A program made the position numbers and the translations under genes. 64,000 bases of DNA, taken from Amoebidium appalachense. Its lineage: Eukaryota; Protista; Ichthyosporea. The DNA lies in NCBI GenBank assembly GCA_963693365.1, contig CAVNZM010000002.1, forward strand, positions 11,650,328 through 11,714,327. The letters run 5' to 3'. The notes below the pieces were generated by a model. It was not told where the DNA came from. It did not search any database and saw only the letters and a list, made by a program, of their open reading frames with translations. Positions 1-50,811 of the stretch are shown one piece after another (within the stretch, counting starts at the first letter, position 1; every line of letters begins with the position of its first letter).

Positions 1-31
<31 letters not shown>

Positions 32-100
32 TCTTTGCCGGCCACTTAGGCCCTCCCCACACACACCCACGGCACACCTGCCGTTCCCTGTGTCCCCCCC

Positions 101-134
<34 letters not shown>

Positions 135-514
135 CCCTCCTCCAAAACACCCACACACACACCCACACGGGGGAATATCTCCAAACTCAATGAGCAACTC
201 TTGGGATGATGTGTGTATGTCATATCAAAATGGGCCCCGATCCTCAGCCACCCCGACCTGACCCACAATCACAGTGCTTTACGTCTGCACCTGAGTACCC
301 CTGGTTGTACTTTCGATATAAGTGGGTGACCACTCATATAATGTGCTGCTATTTGGAAAACAGTAGCAATATAGTGCTTCATTTCCGTGCATGAACAATG
401 GTCACCCATTATTGTTGCTGAAATACACATCTACCATCCCAAACTTTCTGTGGGGTGCCTGCTACCAGCTTCACCCTTATTTCATCATCCCCGCACCTCC
501 CGCCTTTTTTCCCT

Positions 515-557
<43 letters not shown>

Positions 558-626
558 ACCATGGGGCTTTTCGGGAAGAAAACTCTATCACACGCGGACT
601 ACCCCACCCCACCCACCCCCTCCTCC

Positions 627-717
<91 letters not shown>

Positions 718-733
718 CTCCCCCCCCCCCCCC

Positions 734-772
<39 letters not shown>

Positions 773-803
773 CCCTCCCCTCCCCCCCCCCCCCCCCCCC
801 CCC

Positions 804-834
<31 letters not shown>

Positions 835-855
835 CCCTCCCTCCCCCCCCTCCCC

Positions 856-902
<47 letters not shown>

Positions 903-1890
903 GGGCAAAAAAAAGAAAAGAAACAAAATGTCCATTTCTTTTTCCGCATGATCATCGAAAGGCGGCCAACCTCAGACCAAAAGGCGGCAAGAACATGCTC
1001 CGTGGCAAGAGGGGTAGCGATCATTTGTACTGATATATATATATATAGTATATGCATCAGTAGTCGGTGATGGTGGATGTTTGATGCTGAATCTAGTTCA
1101 GTACTCATAGAAGGGAAGGGGTTTTACTACACGGTCAGTTTTTTTGTTTGATTTAGTTTGTTGTCATCTTTTGATAATATTTGCTTGTTGGATTCAGAGA
1201 GGGTTTGCCAATGGTCCCATACATCATCTCATCAGTATATACATGTCACCATATCCCCACCCATATGGGTCCCCTGCCCCGATCTGTCCCACAATCACAG
1301 GGCGCTGTTGTACTTGGACGTATATACATACCCGGGTTGAACTTGATAGTGTTTGGCACCCATTCTGGCATCTGTCAGATGCATGTCAGCAGTCGTGCAC
1401 GGTGCGGGGATTATGGATATTCTTGCCCACGTGCAGTTTTCAGGCTGTCATGCTCAGTAGGCTTCACATTTCAAATTGAAGCAAACACTCGGGTCGCGCA
1501 TTTGTTTATGCTGAAAACCCATAACCACCCGTGCACCTCAACCAGTATTCGGATAATGTAAGTAGACTAGGCTGTGAGCACAATTTGTTGCTTTGTACAC
1601 ACACCAACACTATTTTTTTTGTTAGAGAGACCTAGATAGCATAGTACTGGCATATGCAACCGATGCTTGCAGCTGGAAATTATAATGCATGTGGCCGCGG
1701 CACTGCAGCTTCGAAGTGCCCCCGCACTTTCTTTCTTTCTTTCTTTTTTTTTTATTGGGGGGGGAAGGGGGGCGGTGTGGAGGGGAAGGGGGGGGGGGAA
1801 GGGGGGGAGCCTCGGAGAGCAAGAGAGAGGGCCCAGGGGGGGAGGGGAAGGGAGCGAGAAGTGAACGAGAGCCTCCGAGAGAGGGGGGGC

Positions 1891-1927
<37 letters not shown>

Positions 1928-1943
1928 GAGAGAGAGAGAGGGG

Positions 1944-1977
<34 letters not shown>

Positions 1978-1980
1978 GAT

Positions 1981-2044
<64 letters not shown>

Positions 2045-2078
2045 TGTGGGGGTCAGAAGTGCACAAACATAAAGCACA

Positions 2079-2118
<40 letters not shown>

Positions 2119-2500
2119 AAAGAAAAAATAAATAAATAAAAATAAAAATAAAATAAAATAAAATAAACACCGGCCAGCTCCGGGCGATCGACAACGAACC
2201 TCCGGCCAAATTTCTTCCCTCAACAAACCACAATTATTTTTGCCATTGTGCGCCAGTTTTATTACTTGGTGGTGTACATAATGTGCTCATAACTACGTTC
2301 TGAAAACCGATATGGTGCGTTATTTTATGGATCTGAAGTGTCTGCGGGCCAGGCATTATTGCGTCGTTTATCATTCCCCTTCGGTAAACAACGTACCTAT
2401 ACACATAAATTGCAAACAAGCCTACAAAATCGGAAATTCAAGGGACCCCATCCCCTTACACTCCCCCAGACATCATAATCGAATCGCTCTGCATCACTAG

Positions 2501-2559
<59 letters not shown>

Positions 2560-3031
2560 AATAATAAAACAAAATAAATATATAAAGGAGCAGAAAAGAA
2601 AAGAAAGAAAGAAAGGAAGAAAGGAAGAAAGAAAAACCCACTAGCCTTCAACCTAGTAAAAGTAGCGATTACACATTCGCCCTTTTGATATTTTGCTCAA
2701 AAAACCAAGAAGACAACACGCGAAGATGTTTATGTGGCTGACCAAGCCTTTGTCAATTGACGAAAAACGGAAAACCCTAAAAAACCCAAACACGTACAAT
2801 TGCAGCTACAGAAAAAGCAAGACAATATACAGTTGTCAGCCTTTCTCTTCATATTTAATAACACAAATCTAATTCAAAGATCGGGCACATGTGCGAGTGA
2901 AATCTCATTTATCAACAACGACTATCAAAAATCAACAATGAAATATCGTCATTTATCCGAGAGACTTCAACCGATAAGTATAACACCCAGCAACCTCCCT
3001 AATTCCCGATTACACCGATCGTGTGATCCGA

Positions 3032-12586
<9,555 letters not shown>

Positions 12587-13299
12587 GTTGTCGTTTTTTC
12601 AACCGTTCTCTCTTGTTTACAAATTCATGTATGTCCCTTCCTTTTTGCCGCTTCAGCGGTTTGGCTAGTTTTTTTTTTTCTTTTTTTCTTCCGAGTTGGT
12701 TTGCTTCAAGTTTTGAAAGTTTTTTTTTAATTTTATAATGGACTTTATTTCCCGACAGCGATGACCGAGTAGATAGCCGAGATATACTAGGTATGTCTCG
12801 ACTCCGTATACAGAACACTGGCAGCGACCCGCGTGAACTTATGGGTGTCACAGCGGAACCTACTTTGTGGACACTTTCGATAGCAACAACGGCATATAGC
12901 CTAGCCAAAGGCTCCGCACGAAGACACAACTGTGTACTGTATTAGCAGTCTTGATCCCATATGATTGGTTGCACTTATTGAAGTAGGGCAAACGTAACCG
13001 GTACCGGTCGTGAGCGTGTGCCCGCATTCGTGGCTTCCTCCCAGCACCTGCACCGAGAAAGGCAGCAGAGAAAAGTAGCCTTTTTTTTTTTGGAGTCATA
13101 AAGAGAGTTGTAAGTACCTTGTATTAATTTCCATACTGTATAAAGTATTGGAAATCATGTAATGAGCCGGATACAGAGGGGCACCCAGCATGTGCAGCCT
13201 TACGGCAAGACCGTACCAAGTTTAATACAGGTTTCTATGCTCAGAACTTTTACACCCCTCTTTATCTCGAATCAGCGATAGCGGCAGAGTTGGCAGTAA

Positions 13300-13372
13300 C
13301 AGGGATCGAAATTCCCAAAAACGTTTGGGAATTTTCCAAACTTTTTTCCGGATTCCCAAAGAACCTCAGGGG

Positions 13373-13423
<51 letters not shown>

Positions 13424-13989
13424 GAGGCATATGGCCATATGGGAAGGGGGGAGGGGGGAAGGGGGGATAGTGGGTGGGGGGGGGGTTGAAGGGGGGAGGG
13501 TGGGGGGGAGGGGTGGGGAGGGAGGGGGTGGGGTGTGTGTGGGGGGGGGGGGCCGGGGGGGGGTGACTGAAGTACACGCGGTTGAGAATCCCTACCCTTT
13601 GAACCAATGATATGGATGTAATGATTACCATATATGGATAGCCTAGCTGAGCCCTGATCGATATCCCAGAGTGCATGTATGACCATCACTCCTGAGCGGG
13701 TCTCAGTTGTCAGTTGAGACCAGTTGGACACAGGCACACATGAGGTCTTGCATTAAAGATGAGTCACAGGTTGAGACATAACCCGAGACTCTATTAAGAG
13801 CACATAGCACACAGATCACCACAGATTCGGAACCCACCGAGGACCACATACACACATATAACATATGCATAACAGGGGGGGGGAAGGGGGGATTCGAGTG
13901 GGTAGTAAAGTGGACTGTGCACGTGGGTGAATATTGGTGCCCATGGCCAGCACCGCCCGAGGTGCCCGGCCCGGCGCGCCCCGGGGGCT

Positions 13990-14026
<37 letters not shown>

Positions 14027-14306
14027 CTGGGGGGAAGCTTAAGGACGTGGTTGAGGGGGGAGGACGGAAGAGGGAGGGGGAGTTTGCGGGCCATGCTAGT
14101 GGGTACCACAGTGGATCGACACGGCCGGGGGGCGAAGATCTAGAGGGGGTAGGTCACGTAAGGGAGGATGGCCGTGATCATGACCGTTTGTTTGCACGTC
14201 CCGAGAACTTTCCCAAAGCTTTTCCCTTGATCATGAAGGTTCTTTTGGCAAATCCCAAACAATTTGGACCCCACCCCAAAGTTTCAAAACCGGAAATCGA
14301 ACCCTG
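13300..14306. mobile_element. Non-autonomous hAT-like DNA transposon, ~1 kb
   Basis: Imperfect terminal inverted repeats CAGGGATCGAAATTCC (from 13300) and GGAAATCGAACCCTG (to 14306). Flanks GGCAGTAA (13292-13299) and GGCAATAA (14307-14314) form a 7/8 identical 8-bp TSD, the size typical of hAT. No convincing ORF inside. Confidence 0.78.
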
Positions 14307-14412
14307 GGCAATAATACCATATTTGGTTATTTAGGACTTCTTTAGTCTAGGGAGCCGTTGACTACTCGAGCCCCAGGCGGAGAGAGCGAGAAAAAGAGGG
14401 ACTCGAGAGAGC

Positions 14413-14459
<47 letters not shown>

Positions 14460-15022
14460 CCGTGTGTGTGTGCGTGTGCGTGTGCGTGTGTGTCAAGTTT
14501 GTGTTGTAGTGGTGTTGGTCACAGGTGGTTGCCGGGTGTGGTGAGGATGTCCATGAATGGATTATATCAGCAAGTGTGGCAGCATCTGCTATCTTTTCAC
14601 GTGCACACCCTGATCGCGTCAGTGTTTCGCTGATAGAGCTCAACTTTATGTACGCTGGACACTCGAGCTCTGTGCCGTGACCATGTCCTATAGTAGGCGT
14701 ACTGCCGCCGTACCCGAAATCGATGCAGACCCGCACAGACTGCACATTATAGGAAACCCTCAAATTATGTAATATTGTTCCCACACAACGACCGTATGAC
14801 ATAGGTGACCGCAAGGCCCTTATGCTGCCAACACAATTGCATGGCTTTGAATTACAAACTAATGTTCAGAGAGGCAAAGCCTCGTTCTCTCTGATTTTGA
14901 AAGTGTGCTGGGCCGAAAAGTCGTTCTTAGCGTGCAAGGGAGCAGCCACCATAAGGCTTGATAATTCTACTACAGAGGTGGTGCATTTGTACAATACACA
15001 CAAACTAAACCCTTACAACCCT

Positions 15023-15928
15023 TTATTGAGCATTTTGTGCTCTCCACGTGTTGATGCACTCCTGAGCAGCCTTCAAAAACACATCACAGCCCTTTTTGCC
15101 CTCATAATAGCCAGTCGACATAACACTTTTGTGACATGCTGTAAGCACGTTGCCTTGCTGTGGACACAGAACTGATGCTTCACACATAGCCAGTTCCCTC
15201 TGCAAAGGCAAACAGGGATGGTTAAAATACAAAAGTTAAATGCACTTCAGGAAATGTTAAGAATCGCCGACAAGCTCAAAACTTATTCATTAGCCCGTCA
15301 CCATGGTGCAGTTGATACACACAGAGCAAGAGGAGAGAAAGAAAAGTCAAAACCCACCCTCCCCACGTCCCCACGTCCCTCCCCCAACCCCTCCTCATCC
15401 CGCTGCTCCCCGCTCCGGCGGATAGACAAAAGAACAGAGGCCAGGGAACCAATGTATCAATCTTCTTGAGGAAGTCAATCACTAGCCAAACAGAGGTTCA
15501 AGCTATGGGGGTCAAGAAACTCTGAGGTTGTTCCCACTAAATGTGTTCATTTGTATTTGAGTAATAGGGGCCTGTAAGGTTTTCCGTAGAAAGGACGGAC
15601 AGCCTAAACTAACTGGGAAGAAGTAAACTTTCTATGCGAAACAAAATTCGTTTGTGCTTTAAGACTACAAGGAATGCGTTTTGTTGTGTGAAGGGAGGGA
15701 TCCTACCACCTACTGAGGCGGTGTCTCCTTTTTTTTTTTTTTTTTTTTTTTTTTTTGCCGCCTAAGTAGATGTAAAAACGTCGCACGTGCGGCAACACGT
15801 CAGTACGTGTTAGGGAGGGATCCCACCTCCTGCAGCGAGCAGTCTTTGCCCTCCTTCGATATGCAGCTGTTATAGCCCTTCCTTTGACGCCCACAACGGG
15901 ACTTGATCTTTGCCTCCAAATCAGCCAT
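15023..15928 (-). CDS. Small four-CX9C (double CHCH) protein, 92 aa, probable mitochondrial intermembrane-space protein
   Basis: Exons 15928-15827 and 15199-15023 join in phase 0 to give MADLEAKIKSRCGRQRKGYNSCISKEGKDCSLQE|RELAMCEASVLCPQQGNVLTACHKSVMSTGYYEGKKGCDVFLKAAQECINTWRAQNAQ*. There are four exact CX9C motifs, and the second is completed only by the splice. Confidence 0.85.
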
Positions 15929-16126
15929 TTCTTTAATCTGAGAAACCAACCGTGATTATTCTTTCCGATGCTGTTTTTTTTCTTTTCCCCCTGCTTCAGC
16001 ACGTGAAGCTGTCGAAAACACTTTCTGCGCTGGCCGGACACGCGGCGCCGACGGGTGGGCGGCGTAACTGCCCAAAAAGGAAGGCAATTTGCCACGCTCT
16101 GCTTCGCTCCGCGTTTTGCTGCCCTA

Positions 16127-16165
16127 ACAGCCAATCAAAATACGGCGGCTTGATTGATCCAACGC
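16127..16165. promoter_or_regulatory. CCAAT box in a probable bidirectional promoter between the CX9C gene and CYRI
   Basis: CAGCCAATCA at ~16128 lies in a repeat-free, CpG-containing stretch between divergent genes. The CYRI ATG is preceded by an acceptor (tgcag|caagATG), implying an upstream non-coding exon. Confidence 0.4.
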
Positions 16166-17540
16166 GACTATGTTGGCACCTGTTGGCACCGCTTTGAATC
16201 AACGTTTATTGTAGTTTTGTAGGTTGAAAGGGAAAAACAGTAACGCAAAAACGAAGGGAAAGAGGGTAGATGAGTGGGCAAGGTAGTTACAGTAGCTGCA
16301 AGGGAATAATGAACTTGCCTAGGTGTAGGTAGATTGGAAGAAAGCCTGGTTAGAAGAGACAGATCCGGAGAACTAAGGCTGCGTACTTGTTGCTGTGTGA
16401 GGAGCTGTTAGTGGTGTGGAGTTGTCACTAAAGTTCGATTCTGCGGCCGGAAAGAATCATCAGCCCGCAAAAGATTTCTGAAATTCATAGTACGTCTAAA
16501 AACGCGTATTACTGAGTCGAATTTTTGGTTTACTGCACTTCATTTGGGTTTCGCTCCTGGCACCTTGAACAGTTCCATTTACTCCCAGCAAATCCTTTCA
16601 AGCCAAGGTAGGCAAAGTCAGAGGCTCTCCAGCACCGTTGACCTATTACTCTCCCTCCCTTCCCTTCTCTCTCCATTTTTTTCCACCCTTTACAGTAGTA
16701 AGCTGAGAAACAGCTCTTTCGCTTGCTGAGCCACAGGACACGCCTACATTTGCAGACTCTCTGTGGACTTGGATAGCACGAGCAAGCACATACACAGCAA
16801 AGCTTCACTCTCTGGCCGGCAGCCAAACATCCTGAGTGCCTTCAAGAAAAAAAGCAATTCGTGGCATATCAATCACATGTCTGAATCGTTCTATTTAATT
16901 GTTGCCACGGCCGCTTCTTTTCTCGCGGCTTGGTTTTTTTTTAACAAAACAACAGTCGCTGGATCTATTTTCACCATCCCCACGAACCCACTTCGTCCAA
17001 CTCCACCTCTGCCCACACCATGTTGTCACGCCGTTCTCTCTGTTCCACTGCCTTTAGTCTTGTGTGATGTTACACAGATGTGCACACTTTTTTTTAAGAA
17101 ACTAAGCCATCATTCCCCGGGCATCACAAAGGCTATTTCACCTCTACCCCCCCCCCCCCCCCCCCCTCCCCCCTCCCCCCAAACAGGGAGAATGTGATAA
17201 GCCTCACGTTGCTGCCCGTTTTTGTCAACTAGGAGCATTTCACATATGGACATTAATTGCTGCTGCTTGCTGTAGTTGCCCCCTATCCCCCCCCTCCCTC
17301 CCCTCCCCGCCCCCCCATCCCCCCGCTCCCCCTCTCCCCCCGCCCCCCTCTCCCCCAGCCACCCCTCTCCCCCCCCCCCCTCTCCCCCCTTCCCCCTGTC
17401 CCACGCTGGCCCCAGTTTGCCCTTGTCGGGAGTGCTTTGAAAATGTTGTGATCAGGGGAAGGACATGGCGGAGGGGGAGAGAAGGGAGGGTGTCTTCTTT
17501 CCCCCTTCCCCCCCCCACCCCTACCCCTCCCCCCTCCAAG

Positions 17541-17586
<46 letters not shown>

Positions 17587-17685
17587 CTCGTCATGTTCTT
17601 CTACACACCTGTCATGCAGACACAGGCAAACACGCACTGAACTCCTTTCGTTGATTTTTTCTTCGGCTTTCTGTTGTTTCCATTT

Positions 17686-17729
<44 letters not shown>

Positions 17730-18209
17730 ACCCCACCCCCGACCCCCCCACCACCCCACCACCCCCTTCTCAAAGCACACACGTATACACACACACTCAC
17801 ACAAAATAATAAATGGGTGAAAGAAAAGAAAAAATGCGAGAGATTGGAAGAAAAGACAAGTGTGGAATGCCCCACCAGCACACATTCAGACATTCTCGTG
17901 CAACGACACACAACACCAACTTCCCAACCCCCAAACCTTTCCCATCACACCGTGCACACACACCCATCAACCCCCCCCTCCCCCCCCTCCCCCTCCTTCA
18001 TCCCAGGGCAACACCAACTTCCCAACCCCCAAACCTCTCCCATTACCCCCTTCCCCCCCCCCCCCCCCCCCCCCCTCCCTTCCCCCCTCCTTCTCCTCGT
18101 CCTTCCAACTGCTCTTTCAAGTCCTACCAACAAATACGTCACATGTTTCCTACAATCTTGTGTTTCTGGAAGTTCTAGGTGGCCTAACATGATATTGTGT
18201 TGCAGCAAG

Positions 18210-24626
<6,417 letters not shown>

Positions 24627-25308
24627 ATGCACCACAACAACAAATTCCGAGAAACGAAATTATACCTGGTTATTAGGGTTTTATGCAGTTGGAAAAGAAA
24701 AGAAACATGCCTTAGTCTTAGTATAGTATATATATAAATATACGCACATACTGCACCTTTCTCCTGGCGTTGCTAGATATGATCGAGAGTTGTTGTTAGA
24801 TGATGTTAACTCTCTCGGTGATATGTTGGCAAGTTCTTTGATGGGCCCTCAGAACTGTGCTGGTGTGTTTCTGTTATGGTTTGTGACAGAGTTCAGCCAT
24901 GGTATGTGTGCATGCATATGAATATCGAATTATTGCGTGCAGTGGTGGTGGTTGATGGTACGGGCACGTGTGTGTGTGTGTGTGTGTTGGGGGGGGGGGG
25001 GGGGGGGGGGGGGGTTACACGATTATACATGTTTGTCCATGTGCATCATCCGCGAATTTCAAGCAAAAGGCTACTTGTGTGATTAGCCTCTCTTTTTAAA
25101 AGCTGCACACGCATTGAAGTTTCTCCATAGGGTGGTTTTTTAAAGGGCATGATATCTTGTTTCCTTGCTCCATTTCCAATTCTTTTCCTTTCACCTATAT
25201 TTCGAAAAACGGAACGAAGCACCAAGGATGGAGAGGAAAGGGTGGATAGCTGGTGTTGCGTGAGTTAGTGTTTGTGTTTGATTTTATTGTGGTGGTGGTG
25301 GTGGTGGT

Positions 25309-25345
<37 letters not shown>

Positions 25346-26106
25346 TCCCCATTTCCTGGTAAACTATGTTGGTGTATCATGACCTGGAACCTGTGGTTCC
25401 ATTCTCGTTCTGTAAGTGAATAATCGGGACATAAATAAGGGTTGTACACCCGTGCGCCTGCACCTAAATCTGCTGTTTTTCTTTGTTTGCCTTCACGTCT
25501 GATAACGGGGAAATCTGGCCCGCGATGCCCCTACATGAATCGATCATATGGCTGTATTCAATTTGAATTCCATGCATATGTGCAAAGACACCTACTAATT
25601 GGCCACCCATCCACCCATCTGTGTCACGTACATGCCGTGCCTCACAATCAGCTCCTTTTACCACCTATTATACATGTATGCAATTAATCTCTGTGGATTA
25701 TATGCGCATGCATACATGCTCTTTGTAAAAAGAGCCTCTCTTCAGATGGCCTGATATATTCCGTCATAATATACGGGTACGTTCGAGGGACGTGCGTACG
25801 TGTACTAGTAAATCATATTATCGAAATACTGGCATGCCATAGTAGTACATGTGACACTCACTGTACGCTTGTGCACTCAATATATGTGGGGATTGTGGGT
25901 GAGTGGTTGGTTGGGTACGCGTGCACGTATGCGTGGTGGCGCAGTGGTCGTACGCGTGGTACCGGTGGAAGAACTACTAATTAGTCACATTGTTAGGAAT
26001 TTGTTGTTGTCGTTGATGTACGTTTTTTTTGTAACACTGAAGTTCTTGTTTCGGTAGCCATGGGTGGAGTGGGTGGGTGGCTATCACAATGGGGCTTTTT
26101 TTTTTT

Positions 26107-26162
<56 letters not shown>

Positions 26163-26221
26163 GTGCTGGCTGTGTCATCAAGCCTGAGGAATATGCAGTT
26201 GCCAGCTGAAAGGGAAACGTG

Positions 26222-26600
26222 TGTTGGAATATACAACACCAATATCACTATTATTATTTATGAGTATATTCTACTAGTGCTAGCTCGTTGTCTATCTGCT
26301 TATTTAGCGAGTGTGATTATGCGCTCCGCAGTCCGATCTTGTGGTGAGCAGTTACGTAATAGCTGGTGTGATTGCTCCTGCCGTTTGATTGGCTCGGAGC
26401 GCACCGCCTGCAGTCCCGTCTGGATGGGACTGTCTCTACCCGATGTATTTTCCCGAGAGCACAATTGGTTGTGCTCGAGAGCACAACCGTGTTGTGCTCT
26501 GACCCCCGCGGAGTATATAAACCTCGCCACAAATCCATAATAAACCGGGAGTTATATTGATGACTGACTGTTACACAGACTCTCCAGCACAGTGTGAACA
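26222..26600 (+). mobile_element. Candidate solo LTR, ~380 bp
   Basis: Starts TGTTGG and ends TGAACA (TGTT..AACA). Contains ATTGG (~26388), TATATAAA (26514) and AATAAA (26539) in LTR order. Flanks CGTG/CTTG are only an imperfect TSD. The block is free of microsatellites. Confidence 0.5.
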
Positions 26601-27457
26601 CTTGTGTGATACTTAGGTGATAGTGCATGCAGCCCAATTAAGTACACACTTAGTAGGTAGTATATTGCACCCATATAGAGACTGATCGCCTCGTGTGTGT
26701 GTGTGCAACGACTATACACTCTACTTGTGTTAAGTGCAGACTCTGCTACGTGTGGGAAGGTAGTTTTCTCTCAACGTGCTCTGATGTAATTACAACTCGT
26801 TGCTGGTATCGGTGTAAGGGGTACTTATACGTACTAATAAGCTGACGACACACGAGGTTTAATAGCTATCTTAAGACTTTTTGTTACGGGCTTCTTCAAC
26901 ACCCAGTACCGCTGCCTTTTGGTGGGTACCGGAGAGAGACCTAAAAGACTCACAAAGAAGTGAACAGAAATGTACAACATGCGCATGCATAAGCGCACCC
27001 CCCCCCCCGGGGGGGGGGGGGGGGCAGCCCGCCACATGTTGCTGCATGGTTCACAAATGGACTATTAGTGCCATTCGTTCCTCAAAACATCTAACGGAAG
27101 TGCATTCCTAAGCATGCCAAATGATTAAAAATCTTGCTAGCGCTATCATCTTATGAAGAAGGGTTTGTTTACCTTCATCCATTCCATTCCGATTGATATC
27201 TTCAAATACATTTCCCTTGCAACTTTCTTATCAACTAATGGTTTATTACAGACTACGCACCCCAACAGACTACAGGCTCCCAGGAAAATATCAATCTAAA
27301 ATGACGTCACACTGAGATACTTCCATATATGGAAGTAGCTCAGTATGATGTCAAAGTCCATAGCGATTTTTGCCACCAGTGGCCATTTTTAAAAAATTTG
27401 GTAGTCTGGTACCGTACAGTCTGTAATGAACCGTTGGTCCTTTAATTGATATTGCAA

Positions 27458-33518
<6,061 letters not shown>

Positions 33519-33765
33519 GTTTAAAAGCCTTACAACTTATTGGTTTTATTTTACTCTCGATGTTTTCAATGATGCTTTGATGACACTGGGAGCGAAGTCA
33601 GTAAAACTAGGCGCTTTTGGAGGAGCACGCACATAAGGTCATGCGCACCCTGCCGTCGTAATCTACAAAATATAGCTTCTATAATTACTTGTACGTGCAT
33701 GTAAGCGTGTGTGTTGGTGTGTGGGCCTGTTTCTGCGTGTGTCTGTGTGTGTGTCTGTGTATGTG

Positions 33766-33795
<30 letters not shown>

Positions 33796-33800
<5 letters not shown>

Positions 33801-34318
33801 AATGCACGTGTAAGTCCGCACTTGCCCACGTGCACACATACCAGTGCTCGCAAGGCCGAAATTTCGGCCCGGAGAAATGAAGGACACGAAAACATAACGT
33901 AATCGTTCGCTGATTGGTCACCTACGCACCCAGAAACTAACCAAATATGGTGAATGACTCACAGCAGCAATAGCTTTTTATTCGTCCTTTGTCATGTCTT
34001 TTAGTTGCCGCTTTTATTGCGGACGCGGTCACCGGTCTGGTCACCAGGCCAAAATAATGTGAAATGCACATGTAAGTCCGCACTTACCCACGTGCACACA
34101 TGCCAGTGCTCGCAAGGCCGAATTTTCGGCCCGGAGAAATGAAGGACACGAAAACATAACGTAATCGTTCGCTGATTGGTCACCTACGCACCCCAAAACT
34201 AACCAAATATGGTGAATGACTCACAGCAGCAATAGCTTTTAATTCGTCCTTTGTCATGTCTTTTAGTTGCCGCTTTTATTGCGGACGCGGTCACCGGTCT
34301 GGTCACCGGGCCAAAATA
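33796..34318. repeat. Near-perfect 262-bp tandem duplication in the BMT5/RhoGEF divergent intergenic region
   Basis: Copies 33796-34056 and 34058-34318 differ by only a few substitutions. Each carries CGCTGATTGG (reverse CCAAT box). Confidence 0.95.
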
Positions 34319-34645
34319 GATCTTTGAACCAACGCAAACTGGGTCCGTTGGGGTGATGCCGAAGACGAGAAATCGAATGGAGTGAAAAAACATCACTACA
34401 CATTTATTGGAATAGTATATAGCAAATGACAGCGCGTGTAGTTATGTAATAGCTAGTTTCGAGGAAGATAGCTAATAAGTTGAAGCAGTGGTTGGGTGGT
34501 TCATCGCTGTATTAAATTGAAGTGGGCACCTACTCTACAATTGAAGATCTCAAGGGTCTGTTCTGTTCCTGCACCTTGTAGCAATAAAACGAAATCGGTG
34601 AAGCTTTAGATATATACGAGCTTTCTGCTCTTTTTGGTTAGAATA

Positions 34646-49898
<15,253 letters not shown>

Positions 49899-50100
49899 GG
49901 TGTTGCCTTTTATAGACGGCACAAGGACTTCTTGAAATTGATTGTGGGAGTGATTTTTTGGCCGTGCGATTGCAGTCTGAATGCTCATCTGAAAATTTTA
50001 GAGTACTGATGCACGAATTATAGTGATTAAGCTGCATCGAGACGAGGTTAAGTCGTGTATGTATGTGTGTGCCTATGTGTATGTGTGGATTGGGGGGGAA

Positions 50101-50132
<32 letters not shown>

Positions 50133-50156
50133 GGGGGCTTTGGCATGCAGGAATCT

Positions 50157-50187
<31 letters not shown>

Positions 50188-50758
50188 GGGTCTCCTTATA
50201 GGGTAAGTGTGTGATGGACGATGTTGTAGGTTGGTGCCTATATTTAGCGCATGAAGGAGAACATACTGCAACCAATGCGACAAAAAAAATTATATAGTAA
50301 TGACCCTTCCCCTTTTTTGTTCTTAGCAGTGCTTAATCTGGTTGTGACCCTGCCCACAAGGGTGGGTCTTAACTGAGAAAGGAGAACTGTTATGTTTTTT
50401 CGGGAGCCCCGTAGGCTATTTCGCGGTGTTTTTTTAGGAGTCGATATGTTCGAACCCTGTTCGAAAGGCTTTGGTTGGTGTATATGGCTAGGTCTGTAGG
50501 CAGACTTGTATTTATTCGCTATGATTGTTCTGTGATGTCGCTGCGGCCCCCGAGCCTCTCTAAACACCGATAATGGTTCTATTGGTTCGATGGGGTATAC
50601 ATTTTTTAATATGGCTAACTGGTGAATAAAAGGACGTTAATAAAGGAACCTGTGCACAATTACATTCATAAAAGTGCGTTTGTGTGTGTTATAGTCGGTG
50701 TGTGTGTATGGAGTGTGTGTGTGTATACATGTATGTTTAAGTGCCACAGTCTGGTGGA

Positions 50759-50811
<53 letters not shown>

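Noticed and set aside
962-1033. Possible terminal exon AANLRPKGGKNMLRGKRGSDHLY* of a gene upstream of the window
   Set aside because: The acceptor (AAG) is weak, the peptide is not recognisable and no upstream exon can be linked. Undetermined.
12754-12860. tRNA/SINE-like sequence with a box A-like motif and the hairpin CGAGATATAC-tag-GTATGTCTCG
   Set aside because: No TTC-containing T arm or consistent cloverleaf. A tRNAscan-SE run would be needed.
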